A stretch of DNA of 64,000 nucleotides from NCBI GenBank assembly GCA_012295275.1, contig CM022677.1:11966001-12030000 (forward strand), written 5' to 3'. Position numbers and translations under genes: made by a program. Each line of letters opens with the position of its first letter. Positions within the stretch are counted from its first letter, which is position 1. The stretch comes from Chrysomallon squamiferum (taxonomy: Eukaryota > Animalia > Mollusca). Below the pieces are notes generated by a model. The model was not told the origin of the DNA. It searched no databases and saw only the letters and a program-made list of their open reading frames with translations. This document shows, in pieces, positions 42,530 to 56,409 of the stretch.

Positions 42530-43545
42530 TTACGCATATCCTAGTAAACGACCTATCAGAAGACAAAATTCGATTAGAACAAATAAGATTTTCCACAACA
42601 GAGAACTAAATATACGACTAAAATACGTAAATATACGACCGATATACGCAAATATACGTCTGATGAATCCAGCTGCAGAATGTCGTCTGACTCTTCTCAC
42701 TCTTTTGACTCTGAGAGGTGGCAATGTGTACATTTCGCAGTTTCCATCTCTTAAGTTGTACACGATGGCGGTGAATCTTGCAGAGCAAACTGGACAATTT
42801 CTTCTGCTTCTAGACCACCTCTCCAAACAGCTGAAACAAAATTCATGTAAACACGAGTCTGCATGACACTTATCTAAAAATTCTTCTGAACACAAAGAAC
42901 AAGTAGGTGACTTATCTGATTCAGGCTGTTGTGTTGATTCAGCAGTGCTGGGTGATGGTGATGTTGACATCCCTGGTCTTTCTCCACATGCTGCTTTTAC
43001 AGGGTCACGTTCGGAAATCTTTCGCCCTTTTGGAGGCTTCTCTGGGCACCCATCATCCTGTGCTTTCCGTTTCCTAGATGTTGATGTCCCTGGTCCTCTA
43101 CGTGATGTTTCTCCAGGGTCACGTTCGGAAATCTTTCGCCCATTTGGAGGCTTCTTCGGGCACCCATCATCCTGTGCTTTCCGTTTCCTAGATGTTGATG
43201 TCCCTGGTCCTCTACGTGATGTTTCTCCATCACGTTCCCTTTCGGTCCTTTGGAGGCTTCTTCGGGCACCCATCATCCTGTGCTTTCCGTTTCCTAGATG
43301 TTGATGTCCCTGGTCCTCTACGTGATGTTTCTCCAGGGTCACGTTCGGAAATCTTTCGCCCTTTTGGAGGCTTCTTCAGGGCACCCATCATCCTGTGCTT
43401 TCCGTTTCCTAGATGTTGATGTCCCTGGTCCTCTACGTGATGTTTCTCCAGGGTCACGTTCGGAAATCTTTCGCCCTTTTGGAGGCTTTTCAGGGCACTC
43501 ATCATCCTGTGCTTTCCGTTTCTTGGACGCTCTTACTTTTCCCAT
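42530..43545 (-). pseudogene. Intronless Topors/ICP0-like C3HC4 RING protein with N-terminal 38-aa basic repeats and C-terminal hydrophobic tail; frameshifted within the repeats (a 248-aa ORF from ATG 43276 remains)
   Basis: RING CSLC-x12-CLHEFCFSCLERW-x6-CPVC followed by FTAIVYNL; ATG at 43545 after acceptor ttattgcAG; repeat RKRKAQDDGCPKKPPKGRKISERDPGETSRRGPGTSTS; unit spacings 114, 106, 115, 114 bp; tail SSLLWKILFVLIEFCLLIGRLLGYA*. Confidence 0.8.
42955..43525 (-). repeat. 114-bp coding tandem repeat, about 5 copies
   Basis: Anchor catcatcctgtgctttccg at 43051, 43165, 43271, 43386, 43500. Confidence 0.97.
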
Positions 43546-44882
43546 TTCGTATTGATAACTGCAATAACATTGTAGGAGAAAACAAAATTATATATAATCC
43601 AAAAATATCTATTAATTTTATTTCTGTTGTTAGGACTATTTCAATTTTTATTTTATTTTTTAATGGCAGTACATTTTTTTTTTCACTTGTACGTTTTATC
43701 TGTTTGTTTTACTAACGTTAATCTTTGCACAAGGATTTTACAACCAGGGCGAATGTTCACATAATGAACATATAGCTTGGAACTTTGCATGAATTTATTA
43801 CATAATGTGAGTTTCGCGTCTAAAATGACAGGTGTACAGGGTTTAAATTGTTTGTGGATGGTGATTTTAAAAATACATTCAAAATAAATTAAAATCTATT
43901 ATCAAACACACACACACACACATATTTAAGGTTTATATGTGATGTGATTTCATATCATGAAATTTATTATTTTATTTATTTATTTTTTTTTATTTTTTTT
44001 GGGGTTTTATTGTGTCATAGCTTTTAAAACTTATATTTATATTTCAAGTATTGTTATTATCAGTGTTATTTTTTCTTTATCTATATTATTGTTCTTGTTG
44101 CTTTTTGTTGTTGGATGAGTTGTTAGGTACTGAAAAGTGATTTTCAGTTTAGGAAATACAAGGTTGAGTAACTTTTTATCCTGATTTCAGAAACAAAATA
44201 TTTGAAATTGTCAGTCAAATTGTTCCAAAGTTTTGGATTTTTTAATATTGCCATTTTGAAGAAAACGTTTTATAGGCTCGTTTCATAATATGTCAACTGT
44301 GTCTTCCAAACTCTGCTAACATTTATTTACATATAAAGTTGGCAAAATCATTCATTTGATATTATATATATATATATATATATATGTATAATTATATATA
44401 TATTTGAAAATTCATAATTTCATTCTTTTATAATTTTAGAATTATTTTATTATTTTATAACCGATACACACTTGCAGAAACATAATCAAAGATACTTCTG
44501 ATATTGTAATTATTTTTGTAACATTCGTGAAATAAACATAACGATAAAGATACAAACATCAGTAGAAATAAGTTAAAACAGTGGGGCAGACCAAAAAATA
44601 GAGCGCTTTAGAATACCTACAGACAGACAGACTGACAGGGAGAAATTATTTAGATAGATATATAGACAGATTTGCAATTCATAGCCGATTGTATGTTTGT
44701 ATTTTTGTACGTTGGTATTTAGAGTGGTAGGTATGATGACGGCTGATAAATTACTAGAGTTTACATTAAATTGATATTTGTGGATATGTAGATAAATATA
44801 AAAAAAAAATAATAAGACAGGTAGGCAGGCAGATGTGACTGATCCGACAAATCTGATAAGCAGTGGTTATAGTCATGTTGAG

Positions 44883-44975
<93 letters not shown>

Positions 44976-45269
44976 GATTAAGAGGTAATACACTCAGATA
45001 CATAGAGAAATGCAAAAATCTATTTTAATAATCAGCTTATTTTGTAATTTGTCTTTTTTCCTCTTTTTCTTTACTTTATTTTATTGTGTTTATTTGTCAG
45101 TTTATTTTGTTTCATTTAATCACATATTTATTTTTTAAATAATATTATTATGATAGTTTTTCATTTTTTTATTTAATTTATTTCATGATGGAATTTCCTA
45201 ATTCCGTTTTAAAATAATGTCTTCAGAATTATTTGATTTCTTCTTCATCAGTAAAGAAAACCTTTACCA

Positions 45270-45417
45270 AAATGGTCTCGCCCAGTAAATGTGTTTGTAT
45301 TTTCCGGCAGTACTCGGCAAATTTCGCGAGTCTCCGTTATTTAGCGTACTTTTTAGTTAGATTTTATATAAACTTCCGGAAATTAAAACCCCCACAGTTA
45401 TTTTTGTTTGAAATTAA

Positions 45418-45480
<63 letters not shown>

Positions 45481-45835
45481 AATAAAAATAAAAAATAAAT
45501 AAATAAAGTTAAAATATAATAATAAATAAGTTAAGATATGATTTTATTCTAATTCATTTCGTAATTGCTCTTCTTATAGAAGAATAATTATTTATAATGA
45601 TAATAATATTTTAAATATAACTAAATATACAGTTAACTGCTATTACTGATTATAATAAATTAAAAAAATAAATCACTTTGGACTAATAATAAATTTAAAA
45701 AAAAAAAAAAAAAAAATATGACCTACTAGTATTGGCATTCGCATGTCAACTGACGTAAAACCGTTGGATGTTTTATTTATACCAGAATTTAAATCCACTG
45801 ACGTAAATCTTTATAGACTGCGCATGTGCATGGGA
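45270..45835. promoter_or_regulatory. Two CpG-containing promoter-like patches
   Basis: TTTCGCGAG and TTCCGG motifs at 45300-45380; duplicated ACTGACGTAAA (45749, 45797) and NRF1-like TGCGCATGTGCA (45819). Confidence 0.3.
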
Positions 45836-47113
45836 GATATTATTACACTAGTAACTTTCATTTTTCAAAGTATATAATTATAGTTTATTAATTTACTAAT
45901 TTAATTAACATTTTTAAAATAGTTATTTACATCCATCAAAATATGTATTTTATTTAAATAATTGTTTTTTCACTATTCTTTCTTTTATCGTTCATCGTTC
46001 AAAAAGAAAGAAATGTTTAGTAAACTTCCATTGTTTAAAACGGTCTGGTTAGAGTTGAAGACAGGTCTCGATTACGACAGTAGTTTCAATAAATAAATCA
46101 ATCAATAAATGAATGACAACCCTTTATAAACATTTTCTGAGGCGAAAACAGTATAAAAATATACTAATTTTGTCATTCAGCTGTATCATAATAATAATTT
46201 TACATGCAACTGCCTTCGCAGCCGGAAAATGACGAATGATACCGAACAAATCTTTATAACTACCTAAGCATGCTGGACCATGCTGACATAAATCCACTTA
46301 TAAGATAATAAACAAAACTGGAGCACATTTTAGAACTGCGATGTAGCAAGATTCTGGTGTACAGTCTGTATTTCTCAATACTCGGGTTTTCTGTATGAGT
46401 AAATATCATCGTTGTTATCACTTACAGTTACCCATATCAACTGTAGTAAAATTTCACGTGTAAATCGCACCATTGTTTTCGCTGAATATAAATTTATATG
46501 TATGAGATTTCTTCTTTGTTTTTAAAAAATAATAAAATGCAGTTATTAATTTAAAAAAGGACATTATCAATATATATATATATATATATATATAATGAAC
46601 ACGTAAAAAAAAGCATATTAATGTATTTCTCAATTTTTAAAGAAAAATAATACCCTCTCCTCTAGCTCTGACTTCTTTACAGTTTGCTGGTTTTGTTACG
46701 CATAATTATCACTTATATCCTGGCTAAGTGCTCTTGAGGAAACTTATTAGCTTATGAACTATTAGTCAATGGAATATGCTACGCAATCTAAACTACAGGT
46801 AGGCCTGAAGAAATGTTTACCAATAGTTATAGCATCCTCTAAACTTAATATTAACGTGAATGCTGACATCCTAATAAACATGTTATTATCACTATTTTCA
46901 TTCAGTCTTCACGTGAAAAAAAAGGTATATATTCTTGGATCAGTTTGGAATCATGTACATCAGGTATCTCTCTTCAGTTAGGAATCTTGTGTCATCAAAC
47001 ATGTAGTCTTACATAATCATCAACATCAAATATTCTGTAAGCCTGGTCAGGTGAGGGTATTGGTTGTCTTTCACCTCTTTCTAAATACCAGTTTAATCCT
47101 AACCGTCTTATAG

Positions 47114-47871
47114 TCCCACTTGTGACACCAAATGTAACGGAGGGTGGAAGCAAGCGGTTCTCTTAGCTAACTGTCTAAGGAATAAACAAACAAGATGGGG
47201 TTTCCAATTAAAGGGCTTTAATACTAGGTAATTCCTGATATAGCAATGTTAACATTTACAACATAGTAACAATGGCGTCTCCAAGGAGGACAAACTGGCC
47301 AGGTTCATTAAAAACAAATCATAAAAAAAATTTACAGTTACAAACTAAAAACACCAAACCAATACAAAAAAAAAAAAAAAAAAAAAAAAAATGAATACAA
47401 ATCACACACATACCGGTGTCGCCACCTTCACTAGCAATAGTTTAAGTCCTGCAATGTCTAAGGCCAAAGTGAAACCTTCTAGTCTCTGAGAACGTCCCCC
47501 GAAATATTCCAGGCAGCAATTGCCATATACGGTCATGTCACATGAAAGTTCCCAATAGAAGGCAGACATCTTAATCTAGCTTGCTAGCACTTACTCCCCA
47601 CTAATTACTTTAACACATTACATAATCTGACCTTTACAGAATAGGAAGCAATGGCTATTATTTCTCCATTCTACACACTTCCTTACTTAAAATGTTGCCA
47701 TCCTCGGCAACATAAAACATTTAATAATAATTTTAATTGATACAATAAAATCTCTCATAATTTATCTCTATGACATTAAGAACAACGCCATTATGACGCC
47801 ACCCACGAAAACATTAACATTAAAATAGGATTATCAGGTGGAAAGGTGCCAGGTTAAGGTAATATTCCACA
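47114..47871 (-). mobile_element. Gypsy-type 5' LTR with primer-binding site
   Basis: Minus strand reads ...CCGTTACA (LTR end, 47133) TT TGGTGTCACAAGTGGGA (47130-47114), one mismatch from the tRNA-Leu PBS TGGTGTCAGAAGTGGGA; tentative LTR start TGTGGA at 47871; no gag/pol ORF follows. Confidence 0.7.
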
Positions 47872-48173
47872 TAGAATTTTATAATTAATAGTAATAGTTA
47901 TATTTTTGATTTTATTATGAGAAGTCTGAAATATTGAAAAATATTTAATAATGTATCAATTGTAACTGGTTTATTACAGGAAATATGAGAAATGGCAACA
48001 TTAAGCAGATATTCTGTTTGCTTTACAATTAATATTATTCATAGTTATAAATGGAGCAATGGATATTTACCTTTTTAGGAACGTCTCAGAATATGTTGAA
48101 AAGATAGAGAGACTTCCATTAATGTCCTTGATATATATATTCACAGTGTGTATGTGTGTGTTTATGTGTGTAA

Positions 48174-48247
<74 letters not shown>

Positions 48248-48318
48248 AGGTACATACGTAGAAGCATTTTATAGATAGATTGAAAGTCAGACAGACAGCC
48301 AGATAGATTGATACATTG

Positions 48319-48369
<51 letters not shown>

Positions 48370-49644
48370 TACACACAGAGATATTTACAACATAACTGGA
48401 CTTTTGAAACCATTCCAAATTGGTCACATTTAAAAATGTATTTAAAAATGACAGTAAATTTTGGAATAAATGATGAAATATTTATATTTGATATACTGAA
48501 TTGTCAAAAGAAATTACCTTGAAAGACTGAGTATATTGAAATGTCTTGTGTATTCTTAGCTTCTAGGAATTATTTTACTGTTAATAAGTCATTGATAATC
48601 CAAACAAACAGCTTTCTCCCCACTGGTCTATCCCCTATGTCCATCCACCATGCTTTCTCTAAAATGTCCCTGTTTGTACATCTTCCTGTGTGTGTCTGCT
48701 GTCTGTCTTTCAATAGACAGATACACAGACAAACACATCTATCTACCTACATATATGAATAAATGTTATCTCTGTCTCTTTACCTCTCTGTTTCTCAATC
48801 AGTCAGTCAAGCAGTGTGGAACTGTCTGTCTGTCTGTCTGTCATTCTATGTACCTCCACTCTATCTATCTGTCAAACAACATATCACTCATAATTTATCC
48901 AAAACTGTAGTTGACATTTTTGGGGGAAAATGCAGGACTTTCACTTATATTAATTTGCACACAACAGTTTTTATTCATCTATTTCTCTATCAGTCTATAT
49001 CTGTCTTTCTAGGTTTCAATCTACAAATCAATTTACTGCCAGCCAGTGTGTCTCTTTATCTATCTATAAAACACATACACAAACATAATTAACTCTAATT
49101 CACATATTCATTACAATCTCTTTATCTAGCTAATAAAACACATACACAAACATAATTCACTCTAATTCACATATTCATCTCTTTATCTATCTATAAAACA
49201 CACTTTATTTTATGTATATAATGAACTGAGTAGTTCTCATAGATTTCACTCAACATGCACATCAGGATCCACAGAACTCACTGAAAATTTACATGAAGCA
49301 TTTAATAAAGATCAGTAACTCACTGTACATCTTATTGAAACTTAGAATATTTATTTGTCAAAATAAATGTGTATTTTTTTTATCTTTTTCTATTAACGGT
49401 TTACACTTTGTAAAATGTAAATATTTGTCATTTTATTTTAAAGCCTAATTAGTGATATTAGAGATTGTTAAGTGTACAAATAGTGAGAGTGAATATGTGA
49501 GATAACTGATTTGTCTTCACAGACATCTTATAAAGTACACACAAAACACCGTCTATGCTGTCACACAATTAGAACAAAATATTTTATATATCAATATATC
49601 ATCCTGTAATCCAGTCTGATTATTTTTAATCAAAAAAAAAAAAA

Positions 49645-49679
<35 letters not shown>

Positions 49680-49869
49680 AAATGAATAAATGCATAAATA
49701 AATAAATAAAAACAAATAAATAAATTTAAATAAATAAATAAATAAATAAAATGACATGGACAGGTCAGGAGTTGGTTCATTTAGCTTGGAAACAGGATAT
49801 TTGAGCTAAACACAAAGTGTTTAATAAACAAGTGTTTAGCAGGCTGATAATCAACAACTCCACCCAGTG

Positions 49870-50229
49870 TTTCATACACATACATATACATACATACACA
49901 CATACATACACACACATACACACACATACATACACCTATATACACACATACATACACACATACATACACACATACATATACACATACATACACATATACA
50001 TACACACACATATATACACACACATATATACACATACATACACACATACATACACACACATATATACACACATACATACACATACATACACACACATATA
50101 TACACACATACATATACAGACACATACATACACATACATATACATACATACATACACCTATACAAACATAAACACACACATATACACACATACTTACACA
50201 CATATACACACATACACATACACATATAC

Positions 50230-50265
<36 letters not shown>

Positions 50266-50300
50266 TATATACACATACATAATATTACACACACACACAC
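49870..50300. repeat. Cryptic (CA/TA) low-complexity array
   Basis: Directly visible; source of the HTY/VCM ORFs. Confidence 0.95.
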
Positions 50301-50840
50301 AATGGGTAGGCTACAGACAAACAGTCTCACATAAATACATGTACAAATGCACATGAACAAACACATATACAACATATACCCCATGTTCATACACTCAGAC
50401 ACAAAGTACACAAATAATCACGTATTTACTATTACTGTAATACACATGCACATACATGTGTTCATATGCAAACGTGTGTGCATATATGCAGAAAAACATA
50501 CAAACACACATAAATAGTCGTTTTAATCTAGTCACATATTCATATAGACAGACATATACTCACCAACAATAACTTGTGTATACACATAATATGCAAACAC
50601 AGACTAACACACACACACACACACACACACTGTAGTTGACATATATCATTCACAATGAGACACTATATGCATCTGTTCTTTCTGATTAACAAACCATCGC
50701 TTTCCATGTCTCTTTAAATTCCTGTCTTTTACAGTCAAGTACTTGTATTACTTGCATACTACTGCTTTACAGCCACAATGTAACTTTGTTATCTTAAGTC
50801 TGAAACCAGTTACACCCTTTTATATAAAATCACACAGACA

Positions 50841-50918
<78 letters not shown>

Positions 50919-51224
50919 TGCATATACAGAAACATAACCACAAACACATAGATACTTTTAATTTATGACATTGTTATTTACCAACAAAATGAATGAACGT
51001 TTGCTAGTATATGAAATGAAACATTCGGATAATGTGAATTTTTTTTTCTCTAATAAAAACAAATTAATATAAATACATTACACAGAATAAATACATTATA
51101 CAGTAAGGATGATAAAATTAGAAACACAGATATTTACAATGAGACATAGTATTTTCATGTATATCTTTAAATGTCTGTCAAATGACTTTATGTCAAAAAA
51201 ATAATGTTTTTTTCATTTATTTTT

Positions 51225-51700
51225 TTTGTTGTTATAAACAAATTCTAATTATCCCTAATTACATAATTTTAAATATATTTATGCAATGATTACCCCCAGC
51301 AACCCTTGATTTAACCTGATTTAAATATGATAAGGAAAACAAAAAGTTATTTTTGATTTTTGTTTCTTTTATAAAAAATTATAATTATCCCTAATTATAT
51401 AAGTTTCAATAATATTTACATTGATTACCCCTAGCAAACCCTTGATTTTCCCCTGATTTAAATAGTAAATAAAAAATAATAATGTTGTTGTTTTTTATTA
51501 AAAAATTCTAATTACATAATCTTCATTTATATTTTCATTGATTACATCCAGCAAACCCTTGATTTTCCCCTGATTTAAATAAGAAAATAAAGTTATGTTG
51601 TTGTTTTTTTATAAAAAAATTATAATTACCCCTAATTACATAATTTTAAATATATTTACACTGATAAACCCTTAATTTACCCCAATTTAAATAATACAAA
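51225..51700 (+). repeat. About 120-135 bp tandem repeat, 4 copies
   Basis: Recurrent aaatt.taatta.ccctaattacataa...tgattacccc.agcaaacccttgattttcccctgatttaaat. Confidence 0.9.
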
Positions 51701-51809
51701 AATTAGATTATTAAAATTTAACACCTCTATGCACTATCACATTAATTTTAGCTTATATAGAAAAATGGCGTTCCATAGCAATGATGAATCTAATCCTCTT
51801 TCAGCAATA

Positions 51810-53617
51810 AAAATCAGAATAACCAAGCACACATCAATGATAAAAACAGAGCAAGCTGCTATGAAGTACAACGTGTACACTGGATGTTCTGATCACATTG
51901 ACAATGCAGTCTCTTGGAGATCACTGAGTTTTTGAAATTCAAATTATGTTTCAGACAGATTTTCTCTTGAAAGTGTTAAGCTTTCTCTGGACAGGGAAGA
52001 CTGTGATATAAAAGCATTCTGGTGTTCTAGTTAACCTTTTCTGAAAATGTGTCTTACAACATTTTCAACTGAAGTGCTGGCTAAGGCAGCTTGAATCTGT
52101 TGTCTAGGATCCTACAACAAAATATAATATTCATTAATAAACTAAACATAAAATAAAGTGCAAGCAGAATTTTTATTTTCATCATTTTACTGTCTTAGCA
52201 AGAAGAATTTTAGTCCACATTTTTATTTGTTCTATTTACTTTTAATAAAAATAATATATTATAAATGTTTTTATATTCTTATTTGCAATCAGATTAACAT
52301 TATGTTTTTAACTTTTATATAAAAGGATTAAAATAGCAATACGTCAATAAAAGAGATTATGAAAAATATGTTTTAATATATTTGAATACTTCTGTAACTT
52401 GCTAAAAGTTGATATTTACACTGTGTTTTAGACTTTTAGACCAGTTTAAGAAGACTGTCAGGAATATTAAGTAAACATTTTTAACCTATACAGCTATTGT
52501 ATTAGACAGTAAGTAACCTTTAACAGTTCTTAATAACAAATTATTTGATTAATTAAAACATTTAATTGTAATATTCTTTCCTGCCACTTTAATGTAATTT
52601 AAATTTTGTCATTAATGAAATATATTTTGTCTTATAAATAAACCACAATTATCAGCTAACAGTTCAATAATGAATCATTTAGGTATTTTTAAAATGTATT
52701 TAAAACAAAGAAAACATTACACATGCATGTGACAAAATAACAAAAGAAACTAAATCTATCAAGCTAATTTATGTACCTTTCAAATTACAATCTTTCAAAT
52801 CCACCAAAATTCTATCCATCTAATAAATTTCAAAATAATGTAAATATCTTTAGCCCTACCATGTAAATTAATTAAATGTATGTATTAAATGTATTAAATG
52901 TATGTATTTCAGATTAGAGTGAGATATTATTACATCAAACTACAAATTTGTACAAATGTTCTGCTCACTACTCTATTAGGCTGTCCAAATTATTACATTT
53001 TAATCATTTTACAAAATACAAATGTATTATCGTTTCAAATGCATGGTTTAATTCAGTATAAGATAAAATATTTTGCATAGAATTATTTAAAACTGATTTA
53101 ACTTCTGAAAATAAACAGTTTAAATCCACAGATTAGTATATTGCTGACACTGGACAAGAGTTGTCAGAGTCCCATTGGTGGATGCTTAGTCTGAGTAAAT
53201 AAATAAATAAATAAATAAAATACAAAATATAAAATACTGCTACTACTACATTTACTGCAAAACTACTATACTATTTGTATAGCCTTCATTACTATAATTA
53301 CTATTTACTATTATTTCTTATTCAACTAGGATTACTGTTATTGAAATAATATTCCTATTACTAAAATTACTATCAATTAATAATAAAAATGATATTTTTT
53401 ACTCTCTTCATTATTACTCCTGTAGAGAGAGTGAGAGACAGAGAACAAAATACTTACATACATATCATATGTGACACTGTGTGAAGGCTGACAGTTCCAT
53501 CTGGTAACAGGAAAGTTAAAAAATGTTAAATACTCATAAAATATGCTGCTGCTTCTTCTTTTGTTTTAACACGTAGAAATTTACAACAAAATAATCAGGT
53601 TTATATGAAAGGAAGTG

Positions 53618-53697
<80 letters not shown>

Positions 53698-54960
53698 AAT
53701 TAAAATGCACTGTATGATACAAGATTCTAATGTATGTACATGTGTACTTACTGATACATGTTACAAAATCCAACCTCCTACATTAATTTAAATTAAACTG
53801 CATTAGGTTTAGAATAATGAGAAATACATAAGAAAACAAACTCAAATTCACCTGTTCAGTTTTTATTTTTTTTCTCTTTTCCAGTGGCAACAGTACAAAC
53901 TTTATCCTCAGTGCTGGACAGCACCTTCTACTGAAACAACTTCACTAGCCAACATCAGCACATCAATCAGAGCTGTATCTGCATTCTGAAAAAAAAAATA
54001 CAAATAAAATAATAAAAATAATAAACTGTTATAAATAATGTTTCTGTTATTATTAAAATTAAAATTTTGCTGTTATCAGTTACTGGATTATGGGATATGG
54101 GATATTTTTGATGTACTTTGTATACTCATTATAATGATAATGATGGTAATGTTAATAATTCAAATAATTAACAAAACATTAGGAAACAAATGATTATTAT
54201 TATGCTATTTTACAATCAGTAAACATATTTTACTAAGAAATAAAAATAAGATAAAAACTTGCAACTTGGAATTGTGCAGTCTGCAGTGTCTGTACAGATG
54301 ATTCATCCTTCTCCATAAAATAAACTCCCTTTCTAGATAGCAACTGAACAATACTGCAATGAAATATATTTAACAACAAATATTTAACAATCTACATTTC
54401 TCTGATAAATGCATAATTTATTTTGATTATTATCATTCATGCAATATTTCTCTCTCATACACATAAATAAATATATATATATATATAAACTAATAAACGA
54501 ACATACCCTGCCACTGTAGAGAGGTTTCTGAAAATATTTTAACACAGGCCTGACACATCACTTGACACCAGACTGTTGATTCACATTATCATTAGTCTCT
54601 TGTATCCCTTTTCACCAAAATGGCCTCAGTATTTATGATGCTGAAGTAGGGGACTGGGGCCTGGGATATTGAGCCCACTCTGTTGTCTGAATCAGGTACA
54701 GGACTAGCTCAGTCATTTGAACTATCAATGTCACTGACATCACTCTCATGAATGTTGCCTTCCCGAGTCTCATCTTGTTCTGCTGCAGCTACAGCCTTTG
54801 TTTTCTTCTCTCTCTTTTCTTTATCTTCACATCCAGCTTCATTCTCAGATTTCACCTGCTGCTCAACTTTCTGGTGTTATTTTTGCCATGGCAGTCATCT
54901 GCCTAGTTTTTTGTTTCGCAGCATAGGAAATGAAGTCTTTTTACCAGCATCAGTAATGAT
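51810..54960 (-). pseudogene. Multi-exon gene relic, product unidentified
   Basis: GC-richer blocks with splice-like ends: about 54950-54506 (HQKVEQQVKSENEAGCEDKEKREKK...SDVSDIDSSND*, donor gtatgt), 54355-54265, 53986-53852 (NADTALIDVLMLASEVV, tttcAG and GTGA), 52112-51810 (DPRQQIQAALASTSVENVVRHIF); several stops. Confidence 0.45.
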
Positions 54961-55171
54961 ATGAAAAATAAAATGGATAATAATAATAAAGATTACAAAA
55001 ATAATAGAAATAAAAATAAACATAATAATAAAAATAAAATGTAGTAATAATAATAAGAATAAGAAGATGAAAAAGAAGGAATTACAACAAAAGAAAACAA
55101 AGTGTAAATAAAGAAATTAAAATTGACCATTAAGAAAAGAAGGGAAACAAAGAACAGGATAACTAATTATT

Positions 55172-56003
55172 TGTGTGTGTTAAATATTATTGTAACAAAC
55201 AATTTTATTAATGTTATACAGCATCTACATATGAAATAACCTGGTCATGTATTTCTTAAATTTGTATTCATCTTTATTTGTTTTTAGTGTTAACATAGAG
55301 CTATACTGGTATTTAGTTTAAATAATATGAAAGCATTTAGGGACCCACCCATTATAAAGTTTAATGTTTAATAATTATACAGCAAGTCAGCAATTTAACC
55401 TAAATCTTTGAAAATAATAAATCATAAATAAACTGACTGAAAACAACTTCAGAACAAAATTAGCATATTTTCTTTTAATAGTTTTATTAGTTTATTTCAA
55501 CAAAAAAATAAAATAAAATAAAATAAAATAAAAAATAAATAAACAATAACAATAACAATAATAATAATAAAATTTTTAAATTCTCTGTGACTTGTAGTGT
55601 GGTGTTTTCTTTGGTGTGTGCTACACAAATCAATTTATTTTAAAACAAATTTAATTACTGGCCACTCAAAATTTGCTGATACATCATGACGTTGTTTATG
55701 TTGTTCACATTAGTACAACCACTGGTGAATGTTATTATTAATCGAGTGTCGTTATTTGAAAAAATTCTAAATAAATAAATAAATAAATAATTATTGTTCT
55801 CAAATAATATGGCTGCCATCAGTTGTCTATGACTTTTAAATTATAATTAAATAAAACGAAAAAAATCCAAACACATTAACATTTATAATAATAAATAGTA
55901 ATACCTGTCTCCTTCACAAAATGAAATACTTTAAACAACTTTTTTAATGCGATTACACCAATTCTGTAGAAAATTCTTCGAACATCAAATAAAAAAGTAA
56001 ATC
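55172..56003 (+). repeat. About 800-bp direct duplicate of 59962-60680
   Basis: Colinear: ctacatatgaaataacctggtcat, tttggtgtgtgctacacaa, ttattaatcgagtgtcgttattt, cttcacaaaatgaaatactttaa. Confidence 0.92.
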
Positions 56004-56409
56004 CGTAAAGACCGACAATCATCCCGCATTTTTCTGCATATACAATCCCCCCCCAAAAAATAAAAATAAATAAAATTAAAATAATGTTCAAAACAAATAA
56101 AATAAAATAAAGAAACATCACAATCTCAATTAAAATATATTTATTTTATTTGTTTATTTATATATTTTTTTATCTTATTATTAGCCAATCGTTGACCGTA
56201 AACTTCAAATAAACGGTGTTTTAATTTTTTTTCCCCTACTTTTTCTTTCTTCTTCTTATTTATATTAATGCACCAAATAAAATAACAAAACTTACAACTC
56301 ACACTACAAGTTACTTATTATTGTGCAGGAATTTACCAATATTTGAGATACGTCTGAAAAAACAAAAATATTATTTTGCCTTTTATTAAATATTGCAATT
56401 AGTGTCCAT

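Noticed and set aside
42663-43715. Plus-strand ORFs over the 114-bp repeat
   Set aside because: Antisense shadows of the GC-rich coding repeat; the RING domain and splice acceptor define the minus strand.
47114-47130. Possible tRNA gene
   Set aside because: Only 17 nt matching a tRNA-Leu 3' end including CCA, located next to an LTR end; it is a PBS, and no cloverleaf is visible.
49781-50411. His/Thr/Tyr- and Val/Cys-rich ORFs (also at 2.7, 12.6, 25.7, 39-40 and 48 kb)
   Set aside because: Microsatellite translations.
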